From Candidatus Latescibacterota bacterium (lineage in GTDB: Bacteria; Latescibacterota; UBA2968; GCA-2709665), in the NCBI GenBank assembly GCA_965208835.1, contig OZ242358.1, positions 2,368,001 through 2,432,000 of the forward strand: a DNA stretch of 64,000 nt. Reading direction: 5' to 3'. The translations under genes and the position numbers were made by a program. Numbering within the stretch: the stretch's first letter is position 1; each line of letters begins with the position of its first letter. The notes below the pieces were generated by a model. That model had not been told where the DNA came from, made no database searches, and saw nothing but the letters and a program-made list of their open reading frames with translations. Shown in pieces: positions 1 to 9,788 of the stretch.

Positions 1-2
1 AG

Positions 3-1235
3 GAATTCGAGACCGCCAGGCTGGCGGCAAACACGATGGAGGAATTCGGGCTTTCGCCGGAAACCGGGCTGGGGATTACTGGGGTAAAGTGTATCCTCCG
101 GGGTGCGGAGCCCGGCCCGACGGTGGCCTTGATCGGAGAGTTGGACTCGCTCGTGGTACCGGACCATCCCATGGCGGACCCCGATACCGGCGCCGCGCAT
201 GCCTGCGGCCACAACGCGCAAATGGCCGGGCTGCTGGGCGCGATGATGGGGATGGTGGACACCGGCGCAGCGAAGGCGATGGCCGGAAACGTCGTGTTTT
301 TTGCAGTGCCTGCCGAAGAATACATTGAAGTCGAGTACCGGATGGGACTCGTCAGGGAAGGAAAACTGGAGTTTCTGGGCGGGAAACCGGAGCTTGTCCG
401 GCTCGGTCATTTCGACGATATCGACGTGGCGGCGATGATCCACACGCACAGCGACCACAATATGAAGAAAGCGGCGATTTCCGAGTCGTGCAACGGGTGT
501 CTGGTGAAGATGATCCACTTCATCGGCCGGGCCGCGCACGCCGGAGGCGCGCCGCATCGGGGAATCAACGCATTGAACGCCGCGCAGATCGCGTTGGCTG
601 CGATTCATGCGCAGCGGGAGACGTTCCGTGATGGCGACGCGATCCGAGTGCACCCGATTATCACCAAGGGCGGAGATATCGTGAACGTGGTGCCGGCGGA
701 AGTCCGGATGGAGACCTACGTCAGGGCAAAGACGAACGAAGCCATGCTGGACGCCAACGAAAAGGTCGACCGCGCGATCCGCGCCGGGGCGATGGCGGTG
801 GGCGCGCGCGTGGAAATCGAAACGCTTCCGGGATACCTGCCGCTCCGGAACGATCCGGCGATGAGCGCGATATTTGAAGCGAATTCGAAGGCGTTGTTCG
901 GTGAGGACGAGGTCTGTGAGGTCTCCCACAGAACGGGGTCCACCGATATGGGGGATCTTTCCCACATCATGCCGGCGATCCATCCCTACATGGCAGGGGC
1001 GGACGGTGTGGGGCACAGCGCGGATTGGCATATTTCGGACAAGGAAATGGGATATCTTGCGCCCGCGAAATCACTGGCGCTGATGGCGGTGGACCTGCTC
1101 CACGGCGACGGCGGGGCGGCAACCGATCTGCTCAGTGACTATAAACCGGCGATGACGAAAGACGAATACCTCGCGTTTCAGCGGGCGCTTTTCAAGACAG
1201 AGATCTACGACGGGGCGCACGAGGGTCGTGACTAG
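3..1235 (+). CDS. M20 family amidohydrolase/peptidase (5' truncated by window edge)
   Basis: Motifs GELDSL, HACGHNAQ, PAEE, GRAAHAG, GSTDMGD. The frame is open from position 3 (EFETARLAANTM...), so the true start lies upstream. Confidence 0.92.
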   Translation, partial: EFETARLAANTMEEFGLSPETGLGITGVKCILRGAEPGPTVALIGELDSLVVPDHPMADPDTGAAHACGHNAQMAGLLGAMMGMVDTGAAKAMAGNVVFFAVPAEEYIEVEYRMGLVREGKLEFLGGKPELVRLGHFDDIDVAAMIHTHSDHNMKKAAISESCNGCLVKMIHFIGRAAHAGGAPHRGINALNAAQIALAAIHAQRETFRDGDAIRVHPIITKGGDIVNVVPAEVRMETYVRAKTNEAMLDANEKVDRAIRAGAMAVGARVEIETLPGYLPLRNDPAMSAIFEANSKALFGEDEVCEVSHRTGSTDMGDLSHIMPAIHPYMAGADGVGHSADWHISDKEMGYLAPAKSLALMAVDLLHGDGGAATDLLSDYKPAMTKDEYLAFQRALFKTEIYDGAHEGRD

Positions 1236-1300
1236 CGCGTCCGAAACCGTAGACAGGCGGCGGCGAGTCTGAGAATACCGCGCTGCCGTGCGAATTGCAG

Positions 1301-1321
1301 GGGCGTCCCTTGTGGGCGCCC
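1301..1321. repeat. REP-like imperfect palindrome GGGCGTCCCTTGTGGGCGCCC, copy 1
   Basis: Identical 21-mer at 9758-9778. Intergenic and preceded by GCAG (GTAG-like). Confidence 0.7.
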
Positions 1322-1365
1322 GTTTTAATACTGAAGAGGCATGGATCCGGTTAAGGAGAATGAAG

Positions 1366-2994
1366 ATGTCACATCCGAACGAAGATAACATAGGCTGGAA
1401 TGCGGTCAGCAGTACGGGCGCGGTTGCCGCGGGGGGCGCGGGCGCCGTGGCCGCGGGGATCGAAATTCTGGAACGGGGCGGGAACGCGGCCGATGCGGCG
1501 GCGGGGACCATCCTCGCGCTGAACGTGACCGACCACGGCGCGTGTTCGATCGGCGGCGAGGTGCCGGTGATCATCTACGATGCCGGCAACCGGGAGGTCA
1601 AAACGCTTTCCGGTCAGGGACGGGCGCCGCTCTCGCAGGAAGCGATCGCCTGGTACATGGAAAACGGCATTCCGGACAAGGACATCAAGATGGCGCCGGT
1701 CCCGTCGGTCGTGGATCTGTGCACGACGCTGCTCATCCGGTACGGCACGCAGTCCTTCGAAGCGATCGTATCCCCCACGCTGGCAATCCTGGATGAAGGC
1801 GAGGAATCCTGGCATCCCCGGCTTGCCGACACGCTGCGCAGGCTGGTTGAGGCCGAACAGGCGGCGCGTGGAAGCCGCGAGGAGAAGGTGGCGGCCGCGA
1901 GCGACCGTTTCTACGGACGAAACGGGGCCCGCCAGGACGTCGCCGACGCGCTGGAAGCGGACTACGTGGAAAAGGGCGGCTTTCTTCGTAAATCGGACCT
2001 GGCGGCCCACCGGACGCTGATCGAAGATCCCGTCGCGGTCAACTACCGGGGATACGACGTGTATAAATGCGGTCCGTGGACGCAGGGCCCGTACCTCTGC
2101 CAGGCGCTGCGCCTTCTGGAGGGCTTCGACCTGAAATCCATGGGCCACCTTTCCGCGGATTACGTGCACGTGGCCGTGGAAGCGATCAAGTTGGCCATGG
2201 CCGATAGAGACGCCTACTACGCCGATCCGAATTTCGTGGACGTGCCGATGTCCGAGCTTCTGTCGGACGCTTATACGGAAATCCGCCGGCCCCTGATCGA
2301 TATGGAGAAAGCCTCGCTTGAAGCCAGTCCCGGCGATCCTTACGGAATGAAGGCGCTGCGCGGCGACGGCGTGTTCGAACCGGGTATCGGCGGTACGACG
2401 ACGTGCGTGGTCGCCGACCGGTGGGGAAACGTCGTTTCGGCAACGCCGAGCGCGAACGTATATCGTGGGGAAACACCACTTGGCGGGCGGACCGGAGTGT
2501 CGTACGGAAACCGCCTGCGAAGCCTGAACACGACGCCGGGCCATCCCAACTGCATCCAGCCGGGAAAGCGCCCCCGGATCACGCTGACGCCGACGCTTGT
2601 CTTTAAGGACAGCAAGCCGATTCTGGCGATCAGCGTCGCGGGCGGCGACCTTCAGGACCAGGCGACGCTGAACCTGCTCCTGGATTTCATCGAGTTCGAT
2701 ATGGCCCCAAAAGACGCCGTCACCGCGCCGCGCTTCGCCACGGCGCACCACGAGGACTCGTTCGATCCGAATCCCAATCGTCCCGCGACGTTCAAACAGG
2801 TCGGTTCGCTGAACATTAGCGACCGCGTGAGCCGGGACGTACGCTCCGAACTCGCGGCTCGCGGTCATCGCGTCACGACAAGCGACGGGCCGATCGCGAC
2901 CCCCGTTATGCTCTACGTGGACCCGAAGGACGGACGTTTCCACGCCGCCGGCGACCCCGCCGCGGGCCGCCACGCGGCGGGGCTGGAGGGATAA
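1366..2994 (+). CDS. ggt: gamma-glutamyltransferase family protein
   Basis: GGNAADAA, CGPWTQG, nucleophile region GGTTTCVVADRWGN, PGKRPRITLTP, GGDLQDQ. RBS AAGGAG at 1353-1358 supports ATG 1366 rather than 1288. Confidence 0.9.
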   Translation: MSHPNEDNIGWNAVSSTGAVAAGGAGAVAAGIEILERGGNAADAAAGTILALNVTDHGACSIGGEVPVIIYDAGNREVKTLSGQGRAPLSQEAIAWYMENGIPDKDIKMAPVPSVVDLCTTLLIRYGTQSFEAIVSPTLAILDEGEESWHPRLADTLRRLVEAEQAARGSREEKVAAASDRFYGRNGARQDVADALEADYVEKGGFLRKSDLAAHRTLIEDPVAVNYRGYDVYKCGPWTQGPYLCQALRLLEGFDLKSMGHLSADYVHVAVEAIKLAMADRDAYYADPNFVDVPMSELLSDAYTEIRRPLIDMEKASLEASPGDPYGMKALRGDGVFEPGIGGTTTCVVADRWGNVVSATPSANVYRGETPLGGRTGVSYGNRLRSLNTTPGHPNCIQPGKRPRITLTPTLVFKDSKPILAISVAGGDLQDQATLNLLLDFIEFDMAPKDAVTAPRFATAHHEDSFDPNPNRPATFKQVGSLNISDRVSRDVRSELAARGHRVTTSDGPIATPVMLYVDPKDGRFHAAGDPAAGRHAAGLEG

Positions 2995-3069
2995 TCAGAG
3001 AGAAAACCCGTCAATTCGCGAAAGACGAGCGATAAACGTACGCTTCCGCGACAAGACTTACTGAAAAAC

Positions 3070-3112
3070 GAAAAGGGCCCTGCCGACAACGACGTCAGCA
3101 GGGCTTTTTTTG
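3070..3112. terminator. bidirectional intrinsic terminator
   Basis: AAAA-GGGCCCTGCCGAC...GTCAGCAGGGC-TTTTTTT, downstream of the GGT gene. Confidence 0.8.
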
Positions 3113-3203
3113 TGTCAGGTTAGTTGTTCAGGGATAGGCGGCAACCCACGGCCGGGGGTCTACATACCGGTATCGCCGGGAATCCCGGTTGTTTGAACGG
3201 AAA

Positions 3204-3287
3204 ATCACGATAATATCACGATTTGTACCTTAAATTCACCACAACGTTATTTTATAATGGATATTATCACGATAATTCCATATTATA
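3204..3287 (+). promoter_or_regulatory. AT-rich promoter region with ATCACGAT repeats
   Basis: ATCACGAT at 3204, 3215 (11-bp period) and 3266. TATAAT at 3253-3258. Near-palindrome ATGGATATTATC-AC-GATAATTCCAT. Confidence 0.6.
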
Positions 3288-3473
3288 TGCGAGCAAGGTA
3301 GACCGGAGACCGTCTCAACCGGAAGATCACTCTGTATACGCATCGTCGCAGACGATTCAGGAATGCAGGGTCCCGGGACGTAGCTGCCGGCAGCCGCGTT
3401 TAAGTCGATGGCAGCGTGTTCTGTGATGGAAAATTACCGGCTTTCTGATCAAAACCTTCGGCGGAACGAACAC

Positions 3474-3593
3474 GACAGCAACGGGATCGCCACCGGGGAG
3501 GGCAAGCTCACGCTCAACGGCGGCACCATCAGGCAGGCCGTGACGGACGTGGCCGAGGACCTGAGCCACGATCCCGTGACCCCCAAAGTTGAT
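3474..3593 (+). pseudogene. gene fragment homologous to an Ig-like repeat of the 14254-17067 surface protein
   Basis: DSNGIATGEGKLTLNGGTIRQAVTDVAEDLSH vs DSDGIAIGEDKLTLNGGAIKQAVTDVAADLSH (15850-15981); about 13 mismatches in ~108 nt. Confidence 0.8.
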
Positions 3594-3615
3594 CAGCCAC
3601 ATGAAGGGGTTTCAC

Positions 3616-6600
3616 ATGCGTAGAAGCAGATTCCACCACATTCAGTGTGTGGTCGTGGCCATATGCGTGGCAGTTGCTGTCAGTCCTGACGCAGCACATG
3701 GCCAATCCATCCCATCCAGTTCGTTTGTCACCACCTGGCGCACGACAGCGAACAACCAGTCCATAACCATTCCCGCAAGCGGCACGTACACCATCGACTG
3801 GGGCGACGGGACCGTGGGAGAGGACATTAGCGGCAGGCAGACCCACAGGTATGATGCCGCCGGTACCTACACGGTGCGCATATCCGACGGCATCACCAGA
3901 TTCCACCTCTCCGGCCGCGCGGTAGCGCCCAAGCTGGTCTCCATCGACCAGTGGGGGACGGCCGAGTGGACGTCGATGCGCGAGGCATTCCAGGGCGCAT
4001 CCAACATGGTATACAACGCCACCGACGCCCCCGACCTCTCGCGCGTCACGGACGCCAGCTACATGTTCTACAAGGCGACCTCCTTCAACGGCGACATTTC
4101 CTCCTGGGACGTCTCGTCAGTCACTCATATGTCGCACATGTTCTGGGGCGCCACCTCCTTCAACCAGCCCCTGGACGCCTGGGACGTCTCGTCAGTCACC
4201 GACATGTACGCCATGTTCTCCCGCGCCACATCCTTCAACCAGCCTCTTGACTCCTGGAACATGTCGTCGGCGACCCGGATAGCGCGCATGTTCTCCACCG
4301 CCACCTCCTTCAACCAGCCCCTGAACTCCTGGGACGTGTCGTCCGTGACCAACATGTTCTCCATGTTCTCCAACGCCCACTCCTTCAACCAGCCTCTTGA
4401 CTCCTGGGACGTGTCGTCTGTGAAGACAATGAACGGCATGTTCAACCGCGCCTACGCCTTCAACCAGCCTTTGGACTCCTGGGACGTGTCGTCGGTGACC
4501 TACATGTACGAAATGTTCCGCCACGCCTACGCCTTCAATCAGCCCCTGAACTCCTGGGACGTGTCGTCTCCGACCACAATGCACGGCATGTTCGAGGAAG
4601 CCCGCTCCTTCAACCAGCCCCTGGACTCCTGGGACGTGTCGTCTGTGACCGGCATGAATTACATGTTCCGCGGCGCCACCTCCTTCAACCAACCCCTGGA
4701 CTCCTGGGACGTGTCGTCTGTGACCGACATGAGCAGCATGTTCGCCGGCGCCACCTCCTTCGACGGCGACGTCTCCGACTGGAACGTGTCGTCTGTGACC
4801 TCCATGGCCGGCATGTTCTACGGCGCCACCTCCTTCAACCAGCCCCTGAACTCCTGGGACGTCTCGTCTGTGACCAACATGTACAGCATATTCGCCGGCG
4901 CCACCGCCTTCAACCAGCCCCTGGACTCCTGGGACGTCTCGTCCGTGACCAGCATGGTGGACATGTTCTACGGCGCCACCGCCTTCAACCAGCCCCTGGA
5001 CTCCTGGGACGTCTCGTCCGTGACCAGCATGGTGGACATGTTTTACGGCGCCACCGCCTTTGAGCAGAACCTGGGAAACTGGCACATCGTGCTGGATGAC
5101 ACGTCAATCGACTATAGCGATACAACGGGAACCGTCGGGCGCATATCAGCGCAGAACGCCTTCCTTGACCGGCAGAACCCCGTCTACGGGATAGGCCCGG
5201 GCGGCGACTCCGGCTCCTTCGAGATGAATCGCTCCAAGCTCGTGCTGAAGGAGGTTCCCACAAAGGACTCGTACACGGTGACCATCACCGCGACCTCCAC
5301 GGGAGACTTTGGCACCGGCAACTCCCGGACGTTTACCATAGACGTGTCGGGCCTGCCCAACTACTTGTCCGGGTCGGCCTTTGTCACAACGTGGAAGACC
5401 ACGGCGCCCGGCCAGTCCATTAGCATTCCAGCAAGCGGCACGTACACCATCGACTGGGGCGACGGGACCGTGGAAGTGGACGTGAGTGGCCGGCAGACCC
5501 ACAAGTATGATTCCGCCGGTACCTACACGGTGCGCATATCCGACGGCATCACCCGATTCCACCTCGCCAACCGTGGAGTCGCACACAGGCTGGTCTCCAT
5601 CGACCAGTGGGGGACGGCCCGGTGGACGTCGATGCACGAGGCGTTCCAGGGCGCGTCGAACATGGGGTACAATGCGACGGACGCCCCCGACCTCTCGCGC
5701 GTCACCGACGCCAGCTACATGTTCAACAAGGCCACCTCCTTCAACGGCGACCTGTCCTCCTGGAACGTCTCCTCGGTGACCAACATGTACGGAATGTTCT
5801 GGGACACCGTCGCCTTCAACCAACCCCTGGACTCCTGGGACGTGTCGTCTGTGACCACCATGCACAACATGTTCTTCAGAAACCCCGTCTTCAACCAGCC
5901 CCTGAACTCCTGGAACACGTCGTCCGTGACCGACATGGACGGCATGTTCTCTCACGCCCGTTCCTTCAACCAGCCCCTGGACTCCTGGGACGTCTCGTCC
6001 GTGACCGACATGACCGGCATGTTCGCCTTCACCCCATTCAACCAGCCCCTGGACTCCTGGGACGTGTCGTCTGTGACCGACATGCACGCCATGTTCTCTC
6101 ACGCCACCGCCTTCAACCAGCCCCTGAACTCCTGGAACACGTCGTCTGTGACCGACATGAACCGCATGTTCCAGGACGCCGCCGCCTTCAACCAGCCCCT
6201 GAACTCCTGGGACGTGTCGTCTGTGACCAAAATGTTCTGGATGTTCCGCAACGCCTCCTCCTTCAACGGCGCCCTGGACTCCTGGGACGTGTCGTCTGTG
6301 ACCGACATGAACAACATGTTCCGCAACGCCTCCTCCTTCAACCAGCCTCTCGACTCCTGGAAACCCTCGTCTGTGACCTCCATGGCCAGCATGTTCTCCG
6401 GCGCCTCCTCCTTCAATGGCGCCGTGGACTCCTGGGACGTGTCGTCTGTGACCGACATGGTGTGGATGTTCGCCGGCGCCTCCTCCTTCAACCAGCCCCT
6501 GAACTCCTGGGACGTGTCGTCCGTGACCAACATGTTCGACATGTTCTACGACGCCACCTCCTTCAACCAACCCCTGGACTCCTGGGACGTGTCGTCTGCC

Positions 6601-9600
6601 ACCTCCATGAACAACATGTTCGACGACGCATCGGCCTTTGAGCAGAACCTCGGAAGCTGGTACATCGTGCTGGATGACACGTCAATCGACTATAGCGATA
6701 CGCTGGGAATCGTCGGACGCCTATCCGCGCAGAATGCCTTCCTTGACGGGCAGAACCCCGTCTACGGGATCGGCACGGGCGGCGACTCCGATTCCTTCGA
6801 GCTGAATCACTCCAACCTCGTGATGAAGGAGGTCCCCACCAGGGATACGTATACGGTGACCATCACTGCGACTTCCTCGGGAGGCTTCGGTACGGGCAAC
6901 TCCCGGACTTTCACCATAGACGTGAGCGACTCTACCGGAACGGCCCCTTTCACCGATCCAATGTGGTCGACGACGTTGACGGTCGAAGCCCGGAACGGCT
7001 ATCGGGGCTACTCGAGGATCGCCAGTCCCGATCTGGGCGCGGTGTCCGACTACAGGTTCCAGTACGGGTCGGGTGCCTACGAGGCGCAGATCGTCGTCGC
7101 GTATGCCGACGGCGTGGTCTTCCAGGTTCGCAGCCGAGGGGAATCGCTCTCGGACTTGACCCTGGAGTGGGCGGGTGAGACCCTCCCGTTGAGCGCCGCC
7201 GCCCGTAACGGCGACCGGTTTACCTGGGGCCAGACCTGGCTGGATGCCAACGCGGCGTCGCTGAATGCGTCCACGTACGCGACGACCCTGCCCGACAGCG
7301 GGACGGGCGCCGTCTGTCTGCGCACCACGGTGCAGACCTGTCCGAGCACGACGATCACGCAGCCGGCGATCGGTCCGACGATCAGCGTGTCCGATACCAG
7401 CGCGACGGAAGGGTCCGCGCCGCCGCTGACCGCGACGTTCGAGAACGCGCCCGCCGAGCACGACGGGTCGAGCGCGTTCACGCTCGAGCTCGCCTTCAGC
7501 ACGGAGGTGTTCGACGGCAACGAGGACTTCAACAAGAACCGGGCGGTCCGGGACGCCCTCCGGGTGACCGGCGGCACGGTCAGGGGCAGTCGCCGGGCGA
7601 ACCCCGCGGAGTACGACCGGTGGATCGTCCGCATTAAGCCGTCGGGTCCTGACGACGTGACGGTGACGTTGCCGGCAACGACCGGCGGCTGCGACGCCGC
7701 CGTGGCGATCTGCACACCGGACGGCCGGGCTCTGTCGAATGCGCCGAACGTCACGATTCAGGGCCCGCCGGGCCTGTCGGTGGCGGACGCGGAGGTCGAA
7801 GAAGGGCCCGACGCGGCATTGGCGTTTATGGTGACGCTCGACCGGGCGGTCTCGGGGCCTGTGACCGTGGCCTGGGCCACGAGCGACGGCACGGCGATTG
7901 CGGGCACAGACTACACCGCGGAGAGCGGGACGCTCACCTTCGCCGCGGGCGAGACAGAGAAGACGGTGTCGGTGGCGGTGCTGGACGATGCGCATGACGA
8001 GGAGAGCGAGACGATGGCGCTCACGCTCTCGACCCCGTCGGGAGCGTACTTGGCCGATGCCACGGCCACAGGGACGATTAATAACTCCGATCCGCTGCAG
8101 CGTGCGTGGCTGTCGCGGTTTGGACGGACGGTGGGCGCGCACGTCACGGACGCGGTGGGCGAGCGGCTGTGGAGCACGCCCGGACAGGGCCCCCATCTGA
8201 CGGTAGGCGGTTACCGGCTGCCCCTGGGGTGGCAGACCGCAGAGTCGGCTGAGGATGGCCGAGAAGCCCTCGCCCCCGGTGGGGGAGAGCAGGGTGAGGG
8301 TGAGCCGCCCGGTTCGACTGATGAGGACCCGGGTGCATCAACCTCCAAGCCGTTAGGGTTCCTAGCCGAAGTGGCCCGGGTCCTGGGGATTGCGCCCGGC
8401 GCGGGCGTGGCCGCCACGGATTCCCGCTGGCTCATCGGCCCCGGCCCGGACCCCCGGCCGGGACGGAGTCGGGTGTTCGATTTCGGCCAGATCTTCGATC
8501 TGCGTCAGGTCCTCCTGGGCAGTTCTTTCCGGCTCGACCTGAACGGGACCGGGGCCGGCACTGCGATGCCACTCCTGACGGCCTGGGGCCGGTTCGACGG
8601 CACCGCGTTCGACGGCCATGACGGCGGCCTGGCGATCGACGGGGACGTGTTCACGGGCACCGTGGGCGTTGACGGCGAATGGGATCGGCTGCAAGTCGGC
8701 GTGGCGGCAGCCCACAGCCGGGGTGACGGCGGGTACACCATGCCGGGGACCGGGATGCGCGGGACGGGCGACCTCGAAACCGCCCTGACCAGTCTGCATC
8801 CCTACCTGCGCTATGCCGTCACCGAGCGGCTGGACGTCTGGGGCATGGCGGGCTACGGCCGGGGTGACTCAAAGTGGGCCGTGCCCGAAGGGACCCTGGA
8901 GGCGGACACGGATTTCGTCATGGGTGCGTTCGGGGGTCGGGGCATTCTGCTGGCCGCCCGGGATGCCGGAGACTTGCAACTGGCCACGCGCACGGATGCC
9001 ATGTTGACGCGCACGAGTACGGATGCGGTTGCCGGGCTGGCTGAGACGGATGCCGACGCGCACCGAATGCGGGTGGTCCTGGAAGGCAGCCGGGGGGTGA
9101 CGTGGGCCGGCGGGCACCGCCTGACGCCGGCGGTGGAACTGGGCCTGCGGCATGATTCGGGGGACGCCGATACCGGCTTCGGCCTGGAAGTGGGGGGCCG
9201 GGTGCAATACGCAATCACGACCCTGGGCTTGACCCTCGAGGGCGCTGTGCGCGGCCTCCTGGCGCACGAAGATGAGGACTATCAGGAATGGGGGGCGAGC
9301 GGGATGGTGCGCCTGGCCCCGGGGGCCAACGGCAAGGGCCTGGCGCTGACCCTGGCGCCGACCTGGGGTGCGGCACGGAGCGGCATCGACGGCCTGTGGT
9401 CGCGGCAGACTACGCAGGGCCTGGCGCCGCAGAAGACACGGGGCAAGGCTGGCCGACTGACTACGGACGTGGGCTACGGGATGCCCGCGCCGTTCGGCAC
9501 GGGCATCCTGACGCCGTATGTGGGCACCGTTCTGGCGGAAGGCCGGACCCGTACCTATCGGGCCGGGACGCGGCTACGAGTGGACACCCGTCGGGCCGCG

Positions 9601-9696
9601 GGCCTGACCCTGAATCTCGAGGGCCGGCGCCAGGCGCCCACAGGCCGACAGCCGGTCAACCAGGACCTCCGCCTCCAGGCCACCTGGACCTTCTGA
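3616..9696 (+). CDS. giant surface protein: signal peptide, 2x [PKD-like + BspA/DUF285 repeats + cadherin-like], Calx-beta, C-terminal autotransporter-like beta-barrel
   Basis: YTIDWGDG twice; 25-aa FNQPLDSWDVSSVTxMxxMF repeats; LSVADAEVEEG...TSDGTAIAGTDY; AWLSRFGRTVG; ends in WTF. ATG 3616 follows AAGGGG. Confidence 0.88.
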   Translation: MRRSRFHHIQCVVVAICVAVAVSPDAAHGQSIPSSSFVTTWRTTANNQSITIPASGTYTIDWGDGTVGEDISGRQTHRYDAAGTYTVRISDGITRFHLSGRAVAPKLVSIDQWGTAEWTSMREAFQGASNMVYNATDAPDLSRVTDASYMFYKATSFNGDISSWDVSSVTHMSHMFWGATSFNQPLDAWDVSSVTDMYAMFSRATSFNQPLDSWNMSSATRIARMFSTATSFNQPLNSWDVSSVTNMFSMFSNAHSFNQPLDSWDVSSVKTMNGMFNRAYAFNQPLDSWDVSSVTYMYEMFRHAYAFNQPLNSWDVSSPTTMHGMFEEARSFNQPLDSWDVSSVTGMNYMFRGATSFNQPLDSWDVSSVTDMSSMFAGATSFDGDVSDWNVSSVTSMAGMFYGATSFNQPLNSWDVSSVTNMYSIFAGATAFNQPLDSWDVSSVTSMVDMFYGATAFNQPLDSWDVSSVTSMVDMFYGATAFEQNLGNWHIVLDDTSIDYSDTTGTVGRISAQNAFLDRQNPVYGIGPGGDSGSFEMNRSKLVLKEVPTKDSYTVTITATSTGDFGTGNSRTFTIDVSGLPNYLSGSAFVTTWKTTAPGQSISIPASGTYTIDWGDGTVEVDVSGRQTHKYDSAGTYTVRISDGITRFHLANRGVAHRLVSIDQWGTARWTSMHEAFQGASNMGYNATDAPDLSRVTDASYMFNKATSFNGDLSSWNVSSVTNMYGMFWDTVAFNQPLDSWDVSSVTTMHNMFFRNPVFNQPLNSWNTSSVTDMDGMFSHARSFNQPLDSWDVSSVTDMTGMFAFTPFNQPLDSWDVSSVTDMHAMFSHATAFNQPLNSWNTSSVTDMNRMFQDAAAFNQPLNSWDVSSVTKMFWMFRNASSFNGALDSWDVSSVTDMNNMFRNASSFNQPLDSWKPSSVTSMASMFSGASSFNGAVDSWDVSSVTDMVWMFAGASSFNQPLNSWDVSSVTNMFDMFYDATSFNQPLDSWDVSSATSMNNMFDDASAFEQNLGSWYIVLDDTSIDYSDTLGIVGRLSAQNAFLDGQNPVYGIGTGGDSDSFELNHSNLVMKEVPTRDTYTVTITATSSGGFGTGNSRTFTIDVSDSTGTAPFTDPMWSTTLTVEARNGYRGYSRIASPDLGAVSDYRFQYGSGAYEAQIVVAYADGVVFQVRSRGESLSDLTLEWAGETLPLSAAARNGDRFTWGQTWLDANAASLNASTYATTLPDSGTGAVCLRTTVQTCPSTTITQPAIGPTISVSDTSATEGSAPPLTATFENAPAEHDGSSAFTLELAFSTEVFDGNEDFNKNRAVRDALRVTGGTVRGSRRANPAEYDRWIVRIKPSGPDDVTVTLPATTGGCDAAVAICTPDGRALSNAPNVTIQGPPGLSVADAEVEEGPDAALAFMVTLDRAVSGPVTVAWATSDGTAIAGTDYTAESGTLTFAAGETEKTVSVAVLDDAHDEESETMALTLSTPSGAYLADATATGTINNSDPLQRAWLSRFGRTVGAHVTDAVGERLWSTPGQGPHLTVGGYRLPLGWQTAESAEDGREALAPGGGEQGEGEPPGSTDEDPGASTSKPLGFLAEVARVLGIAPGAGVAATDSRWLIGPGPDPRPGRSRVFDFGQIFDLRQVLLGSSFRLDLNGTGAGTAMPLLTAWGRFDGTAFDGHDGGLAIDGDVFTGTVGVDGEWDRLQVGVAAAHSRGDGGYTMPGTGMRGTGDLETALTSLHPYLRYAVTERLDVWGMAGYGRGDSKWAVPEGTLEADTDFVMGAFGGRGILLAARDAGDLQLATRTDAMLTRTSTDAVAGLAETDADAHRMRVVLEGSRGVTWAGGHRLTPAVELGLRHDSGDADTGFGLEVGGRVQYAITTLGLTLEGAVRGLLAHEDEDYQEWGASGMVRLAPGANGKGLALTLAPTWGAARSGIDGLWSRQTTQGLAPQKTRGKAGRLTTDVGYGMPAPFGTGILTPYVGTVLAEGRTRTYRAGTRLRVDTRRAAGLTLNLEGRRQAPTGRQPVNQDLRLQATWTF
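4075..5085 (+). repeat. intragenic 75-nt tandem repeats, DUF285 block 1 (14 units)
   Basis: Recurrent ttcaaccagcccctggactcctgggacgtgtcgtctgtgacc with a 75-nt period. Confidence 0.9.
5730..6660 (+). repeat. intragenic 75-nt tandem repeats, DUF285 block 2 (13 units)
   Basis: Same unit as block 1. The flanking PKD and cadherin-like DNA is also duplicated. Confidence 0.9.
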
Positions 9697-9757
9697 CCTC
9701 GTCTGTCCGCAAAATCGGGGTAACTCCACTCTTCAACCCGCCACATTGGCGGTGCAC

Positions 9758-9778
9758 GGGCGTCCCTTGTGGGCGCCC
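9758..9778. repeat. REP-like palindrome, copy 2
   Basis: Identical to 1301-1321; lies between convergent genes. Confidence 0.7.
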
Positions 9779-9788
9779 GCCTCTCTGT

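Noticed and set aside
3116-3160. Duplicated tRNA-Glu 3' end (att site)
   Set aside because: Only AACCCACG vs AACCCCCG matches, which is too weak to call.
3474-3593. DGR template/variable repeat pair with 15850-15981
   Set aside because: Mismatches are not adenine-specific in either copy (C/T, G/C and C/G changes occur).
4075-6660. Diversity-generating retroelement acting on the DUF285 repeats (many variable codons are NNC)
   Set aside because: The whole region is C-ending biased. Variable sites include TGG, GAA, GAG, CAG, AAA and AGA, framework AAC codons stay fixed, and there is no template repeat or reverse transcriptase in the window.
4075-6660. CRISPR array
   Set aside because: The 75-nt units are in-frame coding repeats with homologous rather than unique spacers, and no cas genes are present.
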